Shown: positions 39,513 through 48,801 of the stretch, piece by piece
Layout: every line of letters begins with the position of its first letter
Position numbering within the stretch: position 1 is the stretch's first letter
DNA from: Cetobacterium sp.
GTDB taxonomy: Bacteria > Fusobacteriota > Fusobacteriia > Fusobacteriales > Fusobacteriaceae
Assembly (NCBI RefSeq): GCF_048470075.1
Contig: NZ_DBGBQB010000074.1
Location: forward strand, 1,532 to 65,531
DNA length: 64,000 bases
Direction: 5' to 3'
The notes under the pieces: model-generated
The model's database searches: none
What the model saw: the letters and a program-made list of their open reading frames with translations, nothing else
What the model was told of the DNA's origin: nothing
Made by a program: the position numbers and the translations under genes

Positions 39513-40538
39513 CTATCTCTCCAATCTCTCTATTATCTCGTGAACTATTCTATTTTCAGTTTCTTTATTATAAGAGTCAAACTCCTTGTGTCTATAGTTC
39601 TCCTTAGAGTTTTCATCTGGAATTATATATGTTACATTATCATTTCCAAAAACTCCCCATCTTGTTGGACTTTGAGTAGGTTTTTTAGGATACAATGCCA
39701 CTATACTCTTTTGCAGAGACCCTGCTATGTGTGTTGGTCCAGTAGAACCTCCAAAGTACACTTTAGCTCTATTTATAACAGCTCCAATATTTAATAACTC
39801 TCCACCATTGGCAAAAAGATAGACTCTATCTCTACCTATCTTTTCCAAAAGCTTCAACCCTCTTTCCTCATCTGAGATATGAGCAGTTATAATAACATCT
39901 ACATCTCTTTCTCTATCTATAACCTCTCTTATAATATCGGCATATTGCTCATCAGTTATATTCTTAGCTGAACCTCCCATAAATGGATTTACAACCAAGG
40001 TCTTTGTCCCAATACTATTATCTTTAAAAAACTTCTCTGCCGCATCTAAGTTACTTTTATCTAAAAAAATCTGTGTATTTATTTCAAATCTCTCTTCAAA
40101 AAGTTTTTTATCAAGTTTTTTTATTAAATCTAAATTATACTCAGCCTCATGTTTTATCGATTTAGATCTCTTTTGTAAAACACCTCTATTAAATACAAAG
40201 AAGGATTTTAATTTTGAAAGAGGTCCTATCTTTATCTTAGCTTTACTAGCTTTTGCCAGCTCCATGACAAATTTATCCACATACAAAGCTATGAATACAT
40301 CTGCATTAAAATAGCTTATTTTTTCTAAAAGCTCTTTTTGTCTATATCTATCTATTTGAACAACCCTATTTATATAGGGTAAGTTTTTTACTATATTATA
40401 ATTATAATTTCTCACTAATAAAGTTATTTCAGCATCGGGATACATTTTTCTTATCATAAAAAAACTAGGGATCGATAGAATTAAGTCACCTATTTTATCC
40501 GTTCTTGCTATTATTATTCTTTTGTATGTATGAGCCAT
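39513..40538 (-). CDS. Glycosyltransferase family 9 (third heptosyltransferase-like paralogue)
   Basis: 341 aa. Motifs are RIIIARTDKIGDLILSIP, NPFMGGSAKN and GGSTGPTHIAG. It lacks the C-terminal Cys cluster of the other two GT9 proteins. It overlaps the upstream GT2 gene by 44 nt. Confidence 0.7.
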   Translation of the reverse strand: MAHTYKRIIIARTDKIGDLILSIPSFFMIRKMYPDAEITLLVRNYNYNIVKNLPYINRVVQIDRYRQKELLEKISYFNADVFIALYVDKFVMELAKASKAKIKIGPLSKLKSFFVFNRGVLQKRSKSIKHEAEYNLDLIKKLDKKLFEERFEINTQIFLDKSNLDAAEKFFKDNSIGTKTLVVNPFMGGSAKNITDEQYADIIREVIDRERDVDVIITAHISDEERGLKLLEKIGRDRVYLFANGGELLNIGAVINRAKVYFGGSTGPTHIAGSLQKSIVALYPKKPTQSPTRWGVFGNDNVTYIIPDENSKENYRHKEFDSYNKETENRIVHEIIERLER

Positions 40539-41283
40539 TCTTATACATCTCCCTTAATTTAAAATATTTAATCATCGAATACAATGAACTTGTTGAAGCT
40601 ATAACAAATCCTTCAACCCCATCTAAAAATCCCAATCTAAATATATACATCTTTAAAAATTTATATATTGGATTTAGAGTGATATCAAAAATCCCCACTT
40701 TTTTCCCTTTATTATAATAATCTTTTGCTCCCTCAGTTGTGTATCTATTAAATCTATTGAAGTAATCCTCCATTGTTAAGTATGAGTGGTGATATATATT
40801 TTCCTTTATTTTATATATCTCTTTATCTGTTTCAAAGCTCTCATGCACAACATTGTCATTAAAGATTCCAGCTCCTTTTTTAAACAATCTTATGGCATAA
40901 GATGTTCCCCAGCCACCATGTTTTATCTTTTTTCCAAAGCATACTGACAATCTATTTATTTTATATATCTCTTTTTTATTTTTTTTATCGCTAGTGATAT
41001 CCAATATTTTATTTTTTAACTCCTCTGAAATCTCCTCATCTGCATCTATATTTAAGATCCATGTCCCTTCACACTTTTCTATAGCTGAGTTTCTCTGAGG
41101 TCCATATCCCTTCCAAGATTCCTTATAAAATCTAGCGCCAAACTCTTTAGCTATATTTTCAGTATCATCTGTTGATCCACTATCTACAATAACTATTTCA
41201 TCTACTAAGTTTTTAACTGATTCTAGAGTTTTTCTTAATATCTTCTCCTCGTTAAAAGTTATCATTGCAACAGATATTTTCAT
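40495..41283 (-). CDS. Glycosyltransferase family 2 (KdtX/WaaE-like LPS core glycosyltransferase)
   Basis: 262 aa. The product starts MKISVAMITFNEEKIL. Motifs are VIVDSGSTDDT and NIDADE (the DxD motif). Confidence 0.75.
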   Translation of the reverse strand: MKISVAMITFNEEKILRKTLESVKNLVDEIVIVDSGSTDDTENIAKEFGARFYKESWKGYGPQRNSAIEKCEGTWILNIDADEEISEELKNKILDITSDKKNKKEIYKINRLSVCFGKKIKHGGWGTSYAIRLFKKGAGIFNDNVVHESFETDKEIYKIKENIYHHSYLTMEDYFNRFNRYTTEGAKDYYNKGKKVGIFDITLNPIYKFLKMYIFRLGFLDGVEGFVIASTSSLYSMIKYFKLREMYKNGSYIQKNNNSKNG

Positions 41284-41317
41284 CTTTTCACCCTTTCTTT
41301 TTTGCTGCTTACTCTTA

Positions 41318-41346
41318 ATTATACCAAATAATACATTAATTTACAA
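41318..41346 (-). promoter_or_regulatory. Promoter of the LPS-core/recA/plsC unit (TTGTAA-17-TATAAT with TGn)
   Basis: On the minus strand the -35 TTGTAA is at 41346-41341 and the -10 TATAAT at 41323-41318, preceded by TGG. The spacer is 17 nt. It lies about 35 nt upstream of the GT2 ATG. Confidence 0.6.
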
Positions 41347-41360
41347 AAAAGTTTTCTAAT

Positions 41361-41392
41361 AAAAAAAGGGTAAGATATTTCTATCCTACCCT
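41361..41392 (-). terminator. Intrinsic terminator of nifJ
   Basis: On the minus-strand RNA the stem is AGGGUAGGAUA-GAAA-UAUCUUACCCU, 11 bp with one G-U pair. A run of 6-7 U follows. Confidence 0.8.
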
Positions 41393-41406
41393 TCTAATTC
41401 AAAGAA

Positions 41407-44400
41407 TTACTTAGCTTCTGCTGTGAAGTCTAATGATGCAAGTCTTTGATATTGTCTCCATCTTCTTTGAGACTCTGATTTATTTTTAGTGAATAACTCT
41501 TTTGCATGCTCTGGATGAGATTTTGCTAATGTTGCATATCTAACCTCTCCCATTAAGTAGTCATTGTAGTTATCCCAGTTAGGTTCTTTACAATCGATTT
41601 GAAGAGGATTTTTTCCTTCTTTCTCCAATAGAGGATTGTATCTGAATATTGGCCAGTATCCACACTCAGTAGCTTTTTTCATCTCAAGTTGGCTGTTACC
41701 CATTCCGCTCTTTAATCCATGACTGATACAAGGTGCATAAGCGATGATTAATGATGGTCCTGGATATGCCTCAGCTTCAGCTATAGCTTTTAAGTATTGA
41801 GCTTGGTTAGCTCCCATAGATACTTGTGCAACATAGATATGTCCATAAGACATTGCAATTGCTGCTAAGTCTTTCTTCTTATTAGGTTTTCCTGCTGCTG
41901 CGAATTTCGCTACTGCTCCTGTTTGAGTTGACTTAGATGCTTGTCCTCCAGTATTAGAGTAAATCTCTGTATCCATTACTAAAACGTTAACGTCATCTGA
42001 AGAAGCTAAAACGTGGTCTAATCCTCCGTAACCGATGTCATAAGCCCATCCGTCTCCTCCAAATATCCATTGTGATTTCTTAACTAGATATTGTTTTAAC
42101 TCTAAAATCTCTGTTGATACTCCACAGTTACATGCCTCTAAAGCTGGAACTAATCTGTCTCTAATCTCTTTTGTTTTGTTTCCATCTGCTCTATTTTCAA
42201 TCCACTCAGCAAACATTGCTGCAACCTCTGGAGAAACATTTGCCATGTTTGCTTCCATGATTGTTTGGATTCTATCTCTCATTGTTTCAACAGCTGTTGC
42301 CATTCCGTATCCAAACTCTGCGTTATCCTCAAATAATGAGTTACCCCATGATGGACCTTCTCCACAGCTATTTGTTGTATATGGAGTTGATGGTGCTGAT
42401 CCTCCATAGATTGAAGAACATCCTGTAGCGTTAGCTATCATCATTCTGTCTCCAAATAATTGAGTTATTGCTTTAATATAAGGAGTTTCTCCACATCCTC
42501 CACAAGCTCCGTGGAACTCGAATAATGGTTGTGCAAATTGTGATCCTTTTACTGATGTTTTAGGCATAAACTCATCTTTGTAAGTTACATTGTTGAATAG
42601 GTAATCAGCATTTTCTTGCTCTCCTTTTTCAACCTCTTGTCCGATTGGTACCATTACTAAAGCTTTCTCTTTAGCTGGACATACGTTGGCACAAAGTCCA
42701 CATCCTGTACAATCTAAAGGAGATACTTGAATTTTGTACTCTAATCCTTCTAAACCTTTTCCAATTGGAGTTTTTGTTTTTAACTCGTTTGGTGCTCCCG
42801 CTTTCTCCTCAGCAGTCATTAAGAATGGTCTTATTACTGCGTGTGGACAAACGAATGAACACTGGTTACATTGGATACAGTTTTCTGATTTCCACTCAGG
42901 AACGTTTACTGCAACTCCTCTCTTTTCAAAAGCAGTTGTTCCGTTCTCAAATGTTCCATCCTCATATCCTAAGAATGTAGAAACTGGTAACTCTTCACCT
43001 TTTAATGCATTTACAGGTTTTGCGATTTTCTCAACAAATGATTCTAATTTAGATGTTGATCCACATCCACATCCTGTACAAGAGCAAGTTCCTTTCTCTT
43101 CTACAGCCTCAACTGTTAAGTTAGCCCATGAAGGATCAACAGCTATTTGAACTAATTCTCCAGCTCCCTTATCGATAGCCTCATAGTTCATTTTTACAAT
43201 AGCGTCACCTTTTTTAGCATATGACTTTTCAGCATATTGCTTCATATAGTTTTGTGCATCTTCAAATGGAATAACATCTGCTAATTTAAAGAATGCTGAT
43301 TGCATTATTGTATTAGTTCTTCCTCCTAATCCAATCTCTGCAGCAAGTTTATTAGCATTGATAATATAGAACTTAGCATTTTTCTCTGCTAATTGTTTCT
43401 TAACTGAGTTTGGTAAATGAGCTATAACCTCATCTTTATCCCATACGCAGTTCAATAGGAATGTTCCACCTTGCTTTAATCCACCAATCATATCATATTG
43501 AGTTAAGTACGCTGGTACTGAACATGCAACAAAGTTTGGTGCTGATACTAAGTAAGTTGATTTAATTGGATGTTTACCAAATCTTAAGTGTGATCTTGTT
43601 GATCCTCCAGATTTCTTTGAGTCATATGCGAAGTATCCTTGTGCATATAAATCTGTTTTATCTCCAATAATTTTGATTGAGTTTTTGTTAGCTCCAACTG
43701 TTCCATCTGATCCAAGACCGAAGAATAAGCACTCTCTTACTCCCTCTGCTCCTGTCTCAATGTGTGGTCCAACTTCAAGTGATTTGAAAGTAACGTCATC
43801 ATTGATACCTACTACAAATCCATTTTTTGGCTCATCTTGTTTTAAATTATCAAATACAGCTTTCATCTGTGCTGGTGTTGTATCTTTTGAAGATAATCCA
43901 TATCTTCCACCTACGATTACAGGAGCGTTTTCCATTCCGTAGAATAGTCCTCTAACGTCCATATATAATGGCTCTCCTAATGCTCCAGGCTCTTTTGTTC
44001 TATCTAGTACAGCAATTTTCTTAACTGTCTTAGGGAATACATTGAAGAAGTACTCAGCAGAGAATGGTCTGTATAGGTGAACATTGATAAGTCCTACCTT
44101 TTCTCCCTTTCCTACTAAATAATCAACTGTCTCTATTAATGTTTCACATACAGATCCCATAGCAATAACAATATGCTCTGCATCTGCTGCTCCATAATAG
44201 TTAAATGGCTTATAATCTCTTCCTGTTACTTTAGAAATCTCTTCCATGTAGTTAGCTACAATTGCAGGTACTGCATCGTAGAACTTGTTTTGTACCTCTC
44301 TAGTTTGGAAGTAGATATCGTCGTTTTGTGCTGTTCCTTTTGTTACTGGATGCTCTGGATTTAAAGCTCTTTCTCTGAAAGCTTTAATAGCGTCCATATC

Positions 44401-44985
44401 AACTAGTCTCTTGAATACATCATAATCCATTACTTCAACTTTTTGAATTTCGTGTGAAGTTCTGAATCCATCAAATATATTCATGAACGGAACTCTAGAT
44501 TTAATTGCTGCTAAATGCGCAACTCCTGCTAAATCCATTACTTCTTGTACTGAACTCTCAAATAACATAGCAAATCCAGTTTGTCTAGCTGCATAAACGT
44601 CTTGGTGATCTCCAAAGATTGATAGCGCTTGTGCTGCTAGTGATCTCGCTGATACATGGATAACTCCTGGTAAAAGCTCTCCTGCTATTTTGTACATGTT
44701 AGGAACTTTTAGTAGTAATCCTTGTGATGCTGTATATGTTGTTGTTAAAGCTCCTGCTTGTAAAGATCCGTGAACTGTTCCAGCTGCTCCTGCCTCTGAT
44801 TGCATTTCAACAACTTTTACTGGAACTCCAAACATATTTTTCATTCCTCTTGATGCCCACTCGTCAGTGTACTCAGCCATTGGCGATGATGGAGTTATTG
44901 GATAGATACCTGCCACTTCTGTAAAAGCATATGATGCATATGCTGCAGCTTGGTTACCATCCATAGTTTGCATTTTTTTAGCCAT
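41407..44985 (-). CDS. nifJ: Pyruvate:ferredoxin (flavodoxin) oxidoreductase
   Basis: About 1192 aa from MAKKMQTMDGNQAAAYASYAF. It has two ferredoxin-type motifs, CIQCNQCSFVCPH and CTGCGLCANVCP, and the TPP region GGDGWAYDIG. GGGAGGA lies 8 nt upstream of the ATG at 44985. The 24-aa ORF-track extension covers the promoter. Confidence 0.95.
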   Translation of the reverse strand: MAKKMQTMDGNQAAAYASYAFTEVAGIYPITPSSPMAEYTDEWASRGMKNMFGVPVKVVEMQSEAGAAGTVHGSLQAGALTTTYTASQGLLLKVPNMYKIAGELLPGVIHVSARSLAAQALSIFGDHQDVYAARQTGFAMLFESSVQEVMDLAGVAHLAAIKSRVPFMNIFDGFRTSHEIQKVEVMDYDVFKRLVDMDAIKAFRERALNPEHPVTKGTAQNDDIYFQTREVQNKFYDAVPAIVANYMEEISKVTGRDYKPFNYYGAADAEHIVIAMGSVCETLIETVDYLVGKGEKVGLINVHLYRPFSAEYFFNVFPKTVKKIAVLDRTKEPGALGEPLYMDVRGLFYGMENAPVIVGGRYGLSSKDTTPAQMKAVFDNLKQDEPKNGFVVGINDDVTFKSLEVGPHIETGAEGVRECLFFGLGSDGTVGANKNSIKIIGDKTDLYAQGYFAYDSKKSGGSTRSHLRFGKHPIKSTYLVSAPNFVACSVPAYLTQYDMIGGLKQGGTFLLNCVWDKDEVIAHLPNSVKKQLAEKNAKFYIINANKLAAEIGLGGRTNTIMQSAFFKLADVIPFEDAQNYMKQYAEKSYAKKGDAIVKMNYEAIDKGAGELVQIAVDPSWANLTVEAVEEKGTCSCTGCGCGSTSKLESFVEKIAKPVNALKGEELPVSTFLGYEDGTFENGTTAFEKRGVAVNVPEWKSENCIQCNQCSFVCPHAVIRPFLMTAEEKAGAPNELKTKTPIGKGLEGLEYKIQVSPLDCTGCGLCANVCPAKEKALVMVPIGQEVEKGEQENADYLFNNVTYKDEFMPKTSVKGSQFAQPLFEFHGACGGCGETPYIKAITQLFGDRMMIANATGCSSIYGGSAPSTPYTTNSCGEGPSWGNSLFEDNAEFGYGMATAVETMRDRIQTIMEANMANVSPEVAAMFAEWIENRADGNKTKEIRDRLVPALEACNCGVSTEILELKQYLVKKSQWIFGGDGWAYDIGYGGLDHVLASSDDVNVLVMDTEIYSNTGGQASKSTQTGAVAKFAAAGKPNKKKDLAAIAMSYGHIYVAQVSMGANQAQYLKAIAEAEAYPGPSLIIAYAPCISHGLKSGMGNSQLEMKKATECGYWPIFRYNPLLEKEGKNPLQIDCKEPNWDNYNDYLMGEVRYATLAKSHPEHAKELFTKNKSESQRRWRQYQRLASLDFTAEAK

Positions 44986-45028
44986 TTGAATTGTCCTCCC
45001 TTTTTTAATTGACTCTAAAGTTAACTCT

Positions 45029-45057
45029 ATTTTACGAGCAATCCTATTAATTGTCAA
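45029..45057 (-). promoter_or_regulatory. Promoter of nifJ (TTGACA-17-TAAAAT)
   Basis: On the minus strand the -35 TTGACA is at 45057-45052 and the -10 TAAAAT at 45034-45029, with a 17-nt spacer. The TTG of the -35 box is the start codon picked by the ORF track. Confidence 0.65.
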
Positions 45058-45157
45058 TTAAAGTTCTTGATTTTTTTAAGAAATTTTTAAACTAATTCAA
45101 CCAAATATAATTTTTACTGACTAATATGTTTATTTTTTAAACAGCTTTTGATACAAA

Positions 45158-46363
45158 TTACTTTGTAGCGTTTACAATTTCATAAGTATCTCTAGCTATT
45201 ACTAACTCTTCATTTGTAGGTATTTTGAATACTTTTACCTTAGATGTTTCTTTACTTAAAACAACATTTCCTTTTTGTCTCTTAGAGTTAACCTCTTTAT
45301 CTAATTCAACTCCAATAAACTCTAATCCTTTTAATACATCTTCTCTTACTTTTCCAGAGTTCTCTCCAATTCCTCCAGTGAAGCAAATTGCGTCTACTCC
45401 ACCCATTTGAGCTGCATAGTTTCCAACATATCCTCTAATTTTGTAAGCGAACATATTTTCAGCTAATATTGCTCTCTCGTTTCCTGCTGCTGCTGCAACT
45501 TCCATATCTCTACAGTCAGAAGACTCTCCAAATACTCCTAAGATTCCAGATTTTTTGTTCATTCTGTCATCCATCTCTTTATCAGATAATCCTCTTTTAT
45601 TTTTTATGAATAAAACTGCTGCTGGATCGATATCTCCACATCTAGTTCCCATCATAATTCCTTGTAATGGAGTTAATCCCATTGTTGTATCTATACATTT
45701 TCCATTTTTTACTGCAGATATTGATCCACCGTTTCCTAAGTGACATACGATTATTTTTGACTCAGCTGGGTTTCCTAATAACTCTCTAGCTACTCCTGAA
45801 ACGAATTTATGAGATGTTCCGTGGAATCCGTATTTTCTAACTTTTAAATCTGTATAATCCTCATATGGTAATGCATACATATAAGCTTCTTTTGGCATTG
45901 TTTGGTGGAATGATGTATCAAATACTCCAACATTTGGTTTTCCTGGCATTAACTCTTGCATTGTTCTGATTCCTAATAAGTTTGCAGGGTTATGTAATGG
46001 AGCTAACTCTGAACACTCCTCCATAGCTGTCATAACTTCTGGAGTTACTAATACTGATGAAGCGAACTTCTCTCCACCGTGTACTACTCTGTGACCGATT
46101 GCATCAATCTCATCAACTGATTTTATTACTCCATACTCTGGGTTTGTAATAGCATTTATTACTAACTCTAAAGCTTCTTTATGAGTTGGCATATCTTGCT
46201 TTATTTCGATTTCAAAATCATTAGCTGGAGTCTCATACTCCATTTTTGAACCTTCAATTCCAATTCTTTCACAAAGACCAATTGCAAAAAGCTCTCCTGA
46301 CTCAGGATTTAATAATTGGTACTTTAGAGATGAACTACCACAGTTAATAACTAAAACTTTCAT
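45158..46363 (-). CDS. ackA: Acetate kinase
   Basis: The product starts MKVLVINCGSSSLKYQL. Motifs are GHRVVHGG and FHGTSH. AAGGTGG lies 8 nt upstream of the ATG at 46363. Confidence 0.93.
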   Translation of the reverse strand: MKVLVINCGSSSLKYQLLNPESGELFAIGLCERIGIEGSKMEYETPANDFEIEIKQDMPTHKEALELVINAITNPEYGVIKSVDEIDAIGHRVVHGGEKFASSVLVTPEVMTAMEECSELAPLHNPANLLGIRTMQELMPGKPNVGVFDTSFHQTMPKEAYMYALPYEDYTDLKVRKYGFHGTSHKFVSGVARELLGNPAESKIIVCHLGNGGSISAVKNGKCIDTTMGLTPLQGIMMGTRCGDIDPAAVLFIKNKRGLSDKEMDDRMNKKSGILGVFGESSDCRDMEVAAAAGNERAILAENMFAYKIRGYVGNYAAQMGGVDAICFTGGIGENSGKVREDVLKGLEFIGVELDKEVNSKRQKGNVVLSKETSKVKVFKIPTNEELVIARDTYEIVNATK

Positions 46364-46409
46364 TAAATTTACCACCTTAATTTTATTTTTTTTTAATATA
46401 TTTGATCAG

Positions 46410-46431
46410 TAGGGGGTATCTCTACCCCTTA
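46410..46431. other. GC-rich stem-loop in the pta-ackA spacer
   Basis: TAGGGGGTA-TCTC-TACCCCTTA. On the sense (minus) RNA the stem is GGGGUA-GAGA-UACCCC, with a GNRA-type loop and no following U-tract. The U-tract exists only on the plus strand. Confidence 0.35.
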
Positions 46432-46470
46432 CAGATTTTTTACCCTTAATTTAAATCTATTAAATCGCTA

Positions 46471-47469
46471 TTATTTTCCAGCTTGTACTGAAGTTATTGC
46501 AGTTAAATCTACGATATCTTTAACTGAACATCCTCTAGATAAGTCATTTATTGGAGCTGCTAATCCTTGAATTAAAGGACCATATGCCTCAGCATCAGCC
46601 AATCTTTGAACTAATTTATATCCAATGTTTCCTGCTGCTAAGTTAGGGAAAATTAATACATTAGCTTTTCCTGCAACTGTAGAGTTTGGAGCTTTTTTAG
46701 CTCCCACTGATGCTACTAAAGCAGCGTCTGCTTGTAATTCCTCTTCAAATGCAAATTTCGCATCTCTTTCTCTTAAAATCTCTCCCGCTCTTTTTACAAC
46801 ATCTACTGAATCATGCTTTGCTGATCCCTTTGTAGAGAATGACATAAGTGCAACTTTTGGATCTAATCCTGCTACTGTTGATGCTGTTACAGCTGCTTCT
46901 GACGCGATATCAGCCAATTGCTCTGATGTTGGCTCAGGAATTACAGCACAGTCTCCAAATACTAAAATCTCTCCATAAGTTTCTACATTGTGCTTTAACT
47001 CCATTAAGAATACTGATGATACAGTTTTTACTCCTGGCTTTGTTCCAACAACTTGTAATCCTGCTCTTAAAACATTAGCTGTAGGTGAGTCTGATCCAGA
47101 AACCATTCCTGCTACGTCTCCCATTTTAACCATCATAGCACCAAAGAAGTTAACATCAGATGTTAAGATTCTTTCTGCTTCCTCTGGAGTCATCCCTTTT
47201 TTTGCTCTTAATTCACATAATTTTTCTACATATGAAGCTAATTTGTCAGTAGTTTTTGGATCTATAATCTCAACACCCTCTAAAGATACTCCTAAGTTAG
47301 CAGCAAATGTTTTTATTGTTTCTACATCTCCTACTAAAACTGGAGTTCCTAACTTCTCCTCAACTACTCCTGCAGCCGCTCTGATTACTCTCTCATCAGT
47401 AGCTTCAGGAAGAACTATTTTGTTTCCTAAAGTTTTTGCTTTTTCTTTAATTTGAACTATAATGCTCAC
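46471..47469 (-). CDS. pta: Phosphate acetyltransferase
   Basis: 332 aa with a GTG start and AAGGAGGA upstream. Motifs are ...IVLPEATDERV, GMVSG and INDLSRG. Confidence 0.9.
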   Translation of the reverse strand: MSIIVQIKEKAKTLGNKIVLPEATDERVIRAAAGVVEEKLGTPVLVGDVETIKTFAANLGVSLEGVEIIDPKTTDKLASYVEKLCELRAKKGMTPEEAERILTSDVNFFGAMMVKMGDVAGMVSGSDSPTANVLRAGLQVVGTKPGVKTVSSVFLMELKHNVETYGEILVFGDCAVIPEPTSEQLADIASEAAVTASTVAGLDPKVALMSFSTKGSAKHDSVDVVKRAGEILRERDAKFAFEEELQADAALVASVGAKKAPNSTVAGKANVLIFPNLAAGNIGYKLVQRLADAEAYGPLIQGLAAPINDLSRGCSVKDIVDLTAITSVQAGK

Positions 47470-47602
47470 TTTAAGTCCTCCTTGAATTTTATTAAATAAA
47501 TTGCACTTTTTTAATCATACTGTAATAGTGCTCGTAATTTTCAACTATATATTAACAAATTTTATATATATTTACAACAGAAATTCTATTTTTTTTAATA
47601 TA

Positions 47603-48787
47603 TTAGTCAAAAATTGCTTGTATGTACTCTTTACTATTGAACTCTCTTAAATCCTCTATTCCTTCTCCAACACCTATGTATTTTATAGGTTTTTTTAACT
47701 CTTCAGAGATGCTAAATAGTATTCCTCCCTTAGCTGTTCCATCTAATTTTGTAACAATGAATCCTGTTAATTTTGTCACTTCATTAAATACTCTTGCTTG
47801 AATCAATCCATTTTGACCTGTAGTTCCATCTAAAACCAGTATTGATTCATAAGGTTGGTCTCCTATTTTTTTCTTTATAATATTGTTTATCTTTTCTAAC
47901 TCTTTCATTAAGTTATTTTTATTGTGTAGTCTTCCTGCAGTATCTATAATTACAACATCTGCATTTTTATCCTCTCCAGCTTTTAGTGTATCAAAGACTA
48001 CCGCTCCTGGGTCTGCTCCATCAGGGTGTTTAACAAGCTCAGCTCCAGCTCTTTTTGTCCACTCTTCTAACTGCTCAACTGCTGCAGCTCTAAATGTATC
48101 CGCTGCACCAATTACAACTTTTTTATTCTCTTTAACCAATTTTGCTGCAATTTTTCCAATAGTAGTTGTTTTTCCTACACCATTAACTCCCACTATTAAA
48201 ATTACATTCATTCTACCTGGTTGAATATCTAATTTAGTATCCTCAGTTATTAGATAACTTTCTAGAACATCCTTTAATACAGGATACACATCCTCTGGCT
48301 TCTTTACTCCTCTAGCCTTTACCTCAGCTTTTAAATCTCTAACAATTTTTAAAGTCATCTCGATACCAATATCTGATTGCACTAAGGTGTCTTCCAACTC
48401 CTCATACATCTCTCCATCCACTATTGACTTTCCTGTAAAGATATTCTTTAAAGTTCCAAACAGTCCCTCTCTTGATTTAAATAGTTTCTCCTTTAATGAG
48501 GCGAAGAAGCTTCTTTTTTCAACTTTTGGTTTTTCTACATAGACCACTTCATCTTTTATCTCTTCATCTTCAGCTTTTTCCGCTTCAATTTTTTCCTCTT
48601 CAACGGTCTCATCTTGAACAGATTTTTCCACTGCCTCATCTATTTTTTTCTCTTCCTCTTCTCTTTCCTCTTTAAGTTCATTGCTAGAATCAATCTCCTC
48701 TTGAACTATCTCCTGTTCTAACTTTTCTTTTTGCTCTTCAACTTTCTCCTCTTTTTTTCTACCGAAAAGTTTATTAAAAAATCCCAT
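47603..48787 (-). CDS. ftsY: Signal recognition particle receptor FtsY
   Basis: 394 aa. It has a Glu-rich acidic N-terminal domain followed by an NG domain with GVNGVGKTTT, DTAGR and TKLDGTAKGG. Confidence 0.93.
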   Translation of the reverse strand: MGFFNKLFGRKKEEKVEEQKEKLEQEIVQEEIDSSNELKEEREEEEKKIDEAVEKSVQDETVEEEKIEAEKAEDEEIKDEVVYVEKPKVEKRSFFASLKEKLFKSREGLFGTLKNIFTGKSIVDGEMYEELEDTLVQSDIGIEMTLKIVRDLKAEVKARGVKKPEDVYPVLKDVLESYLITEDTKLDIQPGRMNVILIVGVNGVGKTTTIGKIAAKLVKENKKVVIGAADTFRAAAVEQLEEWTKRAGAELVKHPDGADPGAVVFDTLKAGEDKNADVVIIDTAGRLHNKNNLMKELEKINNIIKKKIGDQPYESILVLDGTTGQNGLIQARVFNEVTKLTGFIVTKLDGTAKGGILFSISEELKKPIKYIGVGEGIEDLREFNSKEYIQAIFD

Positions 48788-48801
48788 TATACTCCTCCAT
48801 A

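Noticed and set aside
47470-47602. Candidate pta promoters (TTGTAA-17-TAATAT, and TTGAAA-19-TATGAT) and a possible ftsY terminator in the 133-nt spacer.
   Set aside because: The region is so AT-rich that several equally weak hexamer pairs fit, and I found no stable hairpin. I cannot choose between the candidates without transcription-start data, so no feature is reported.
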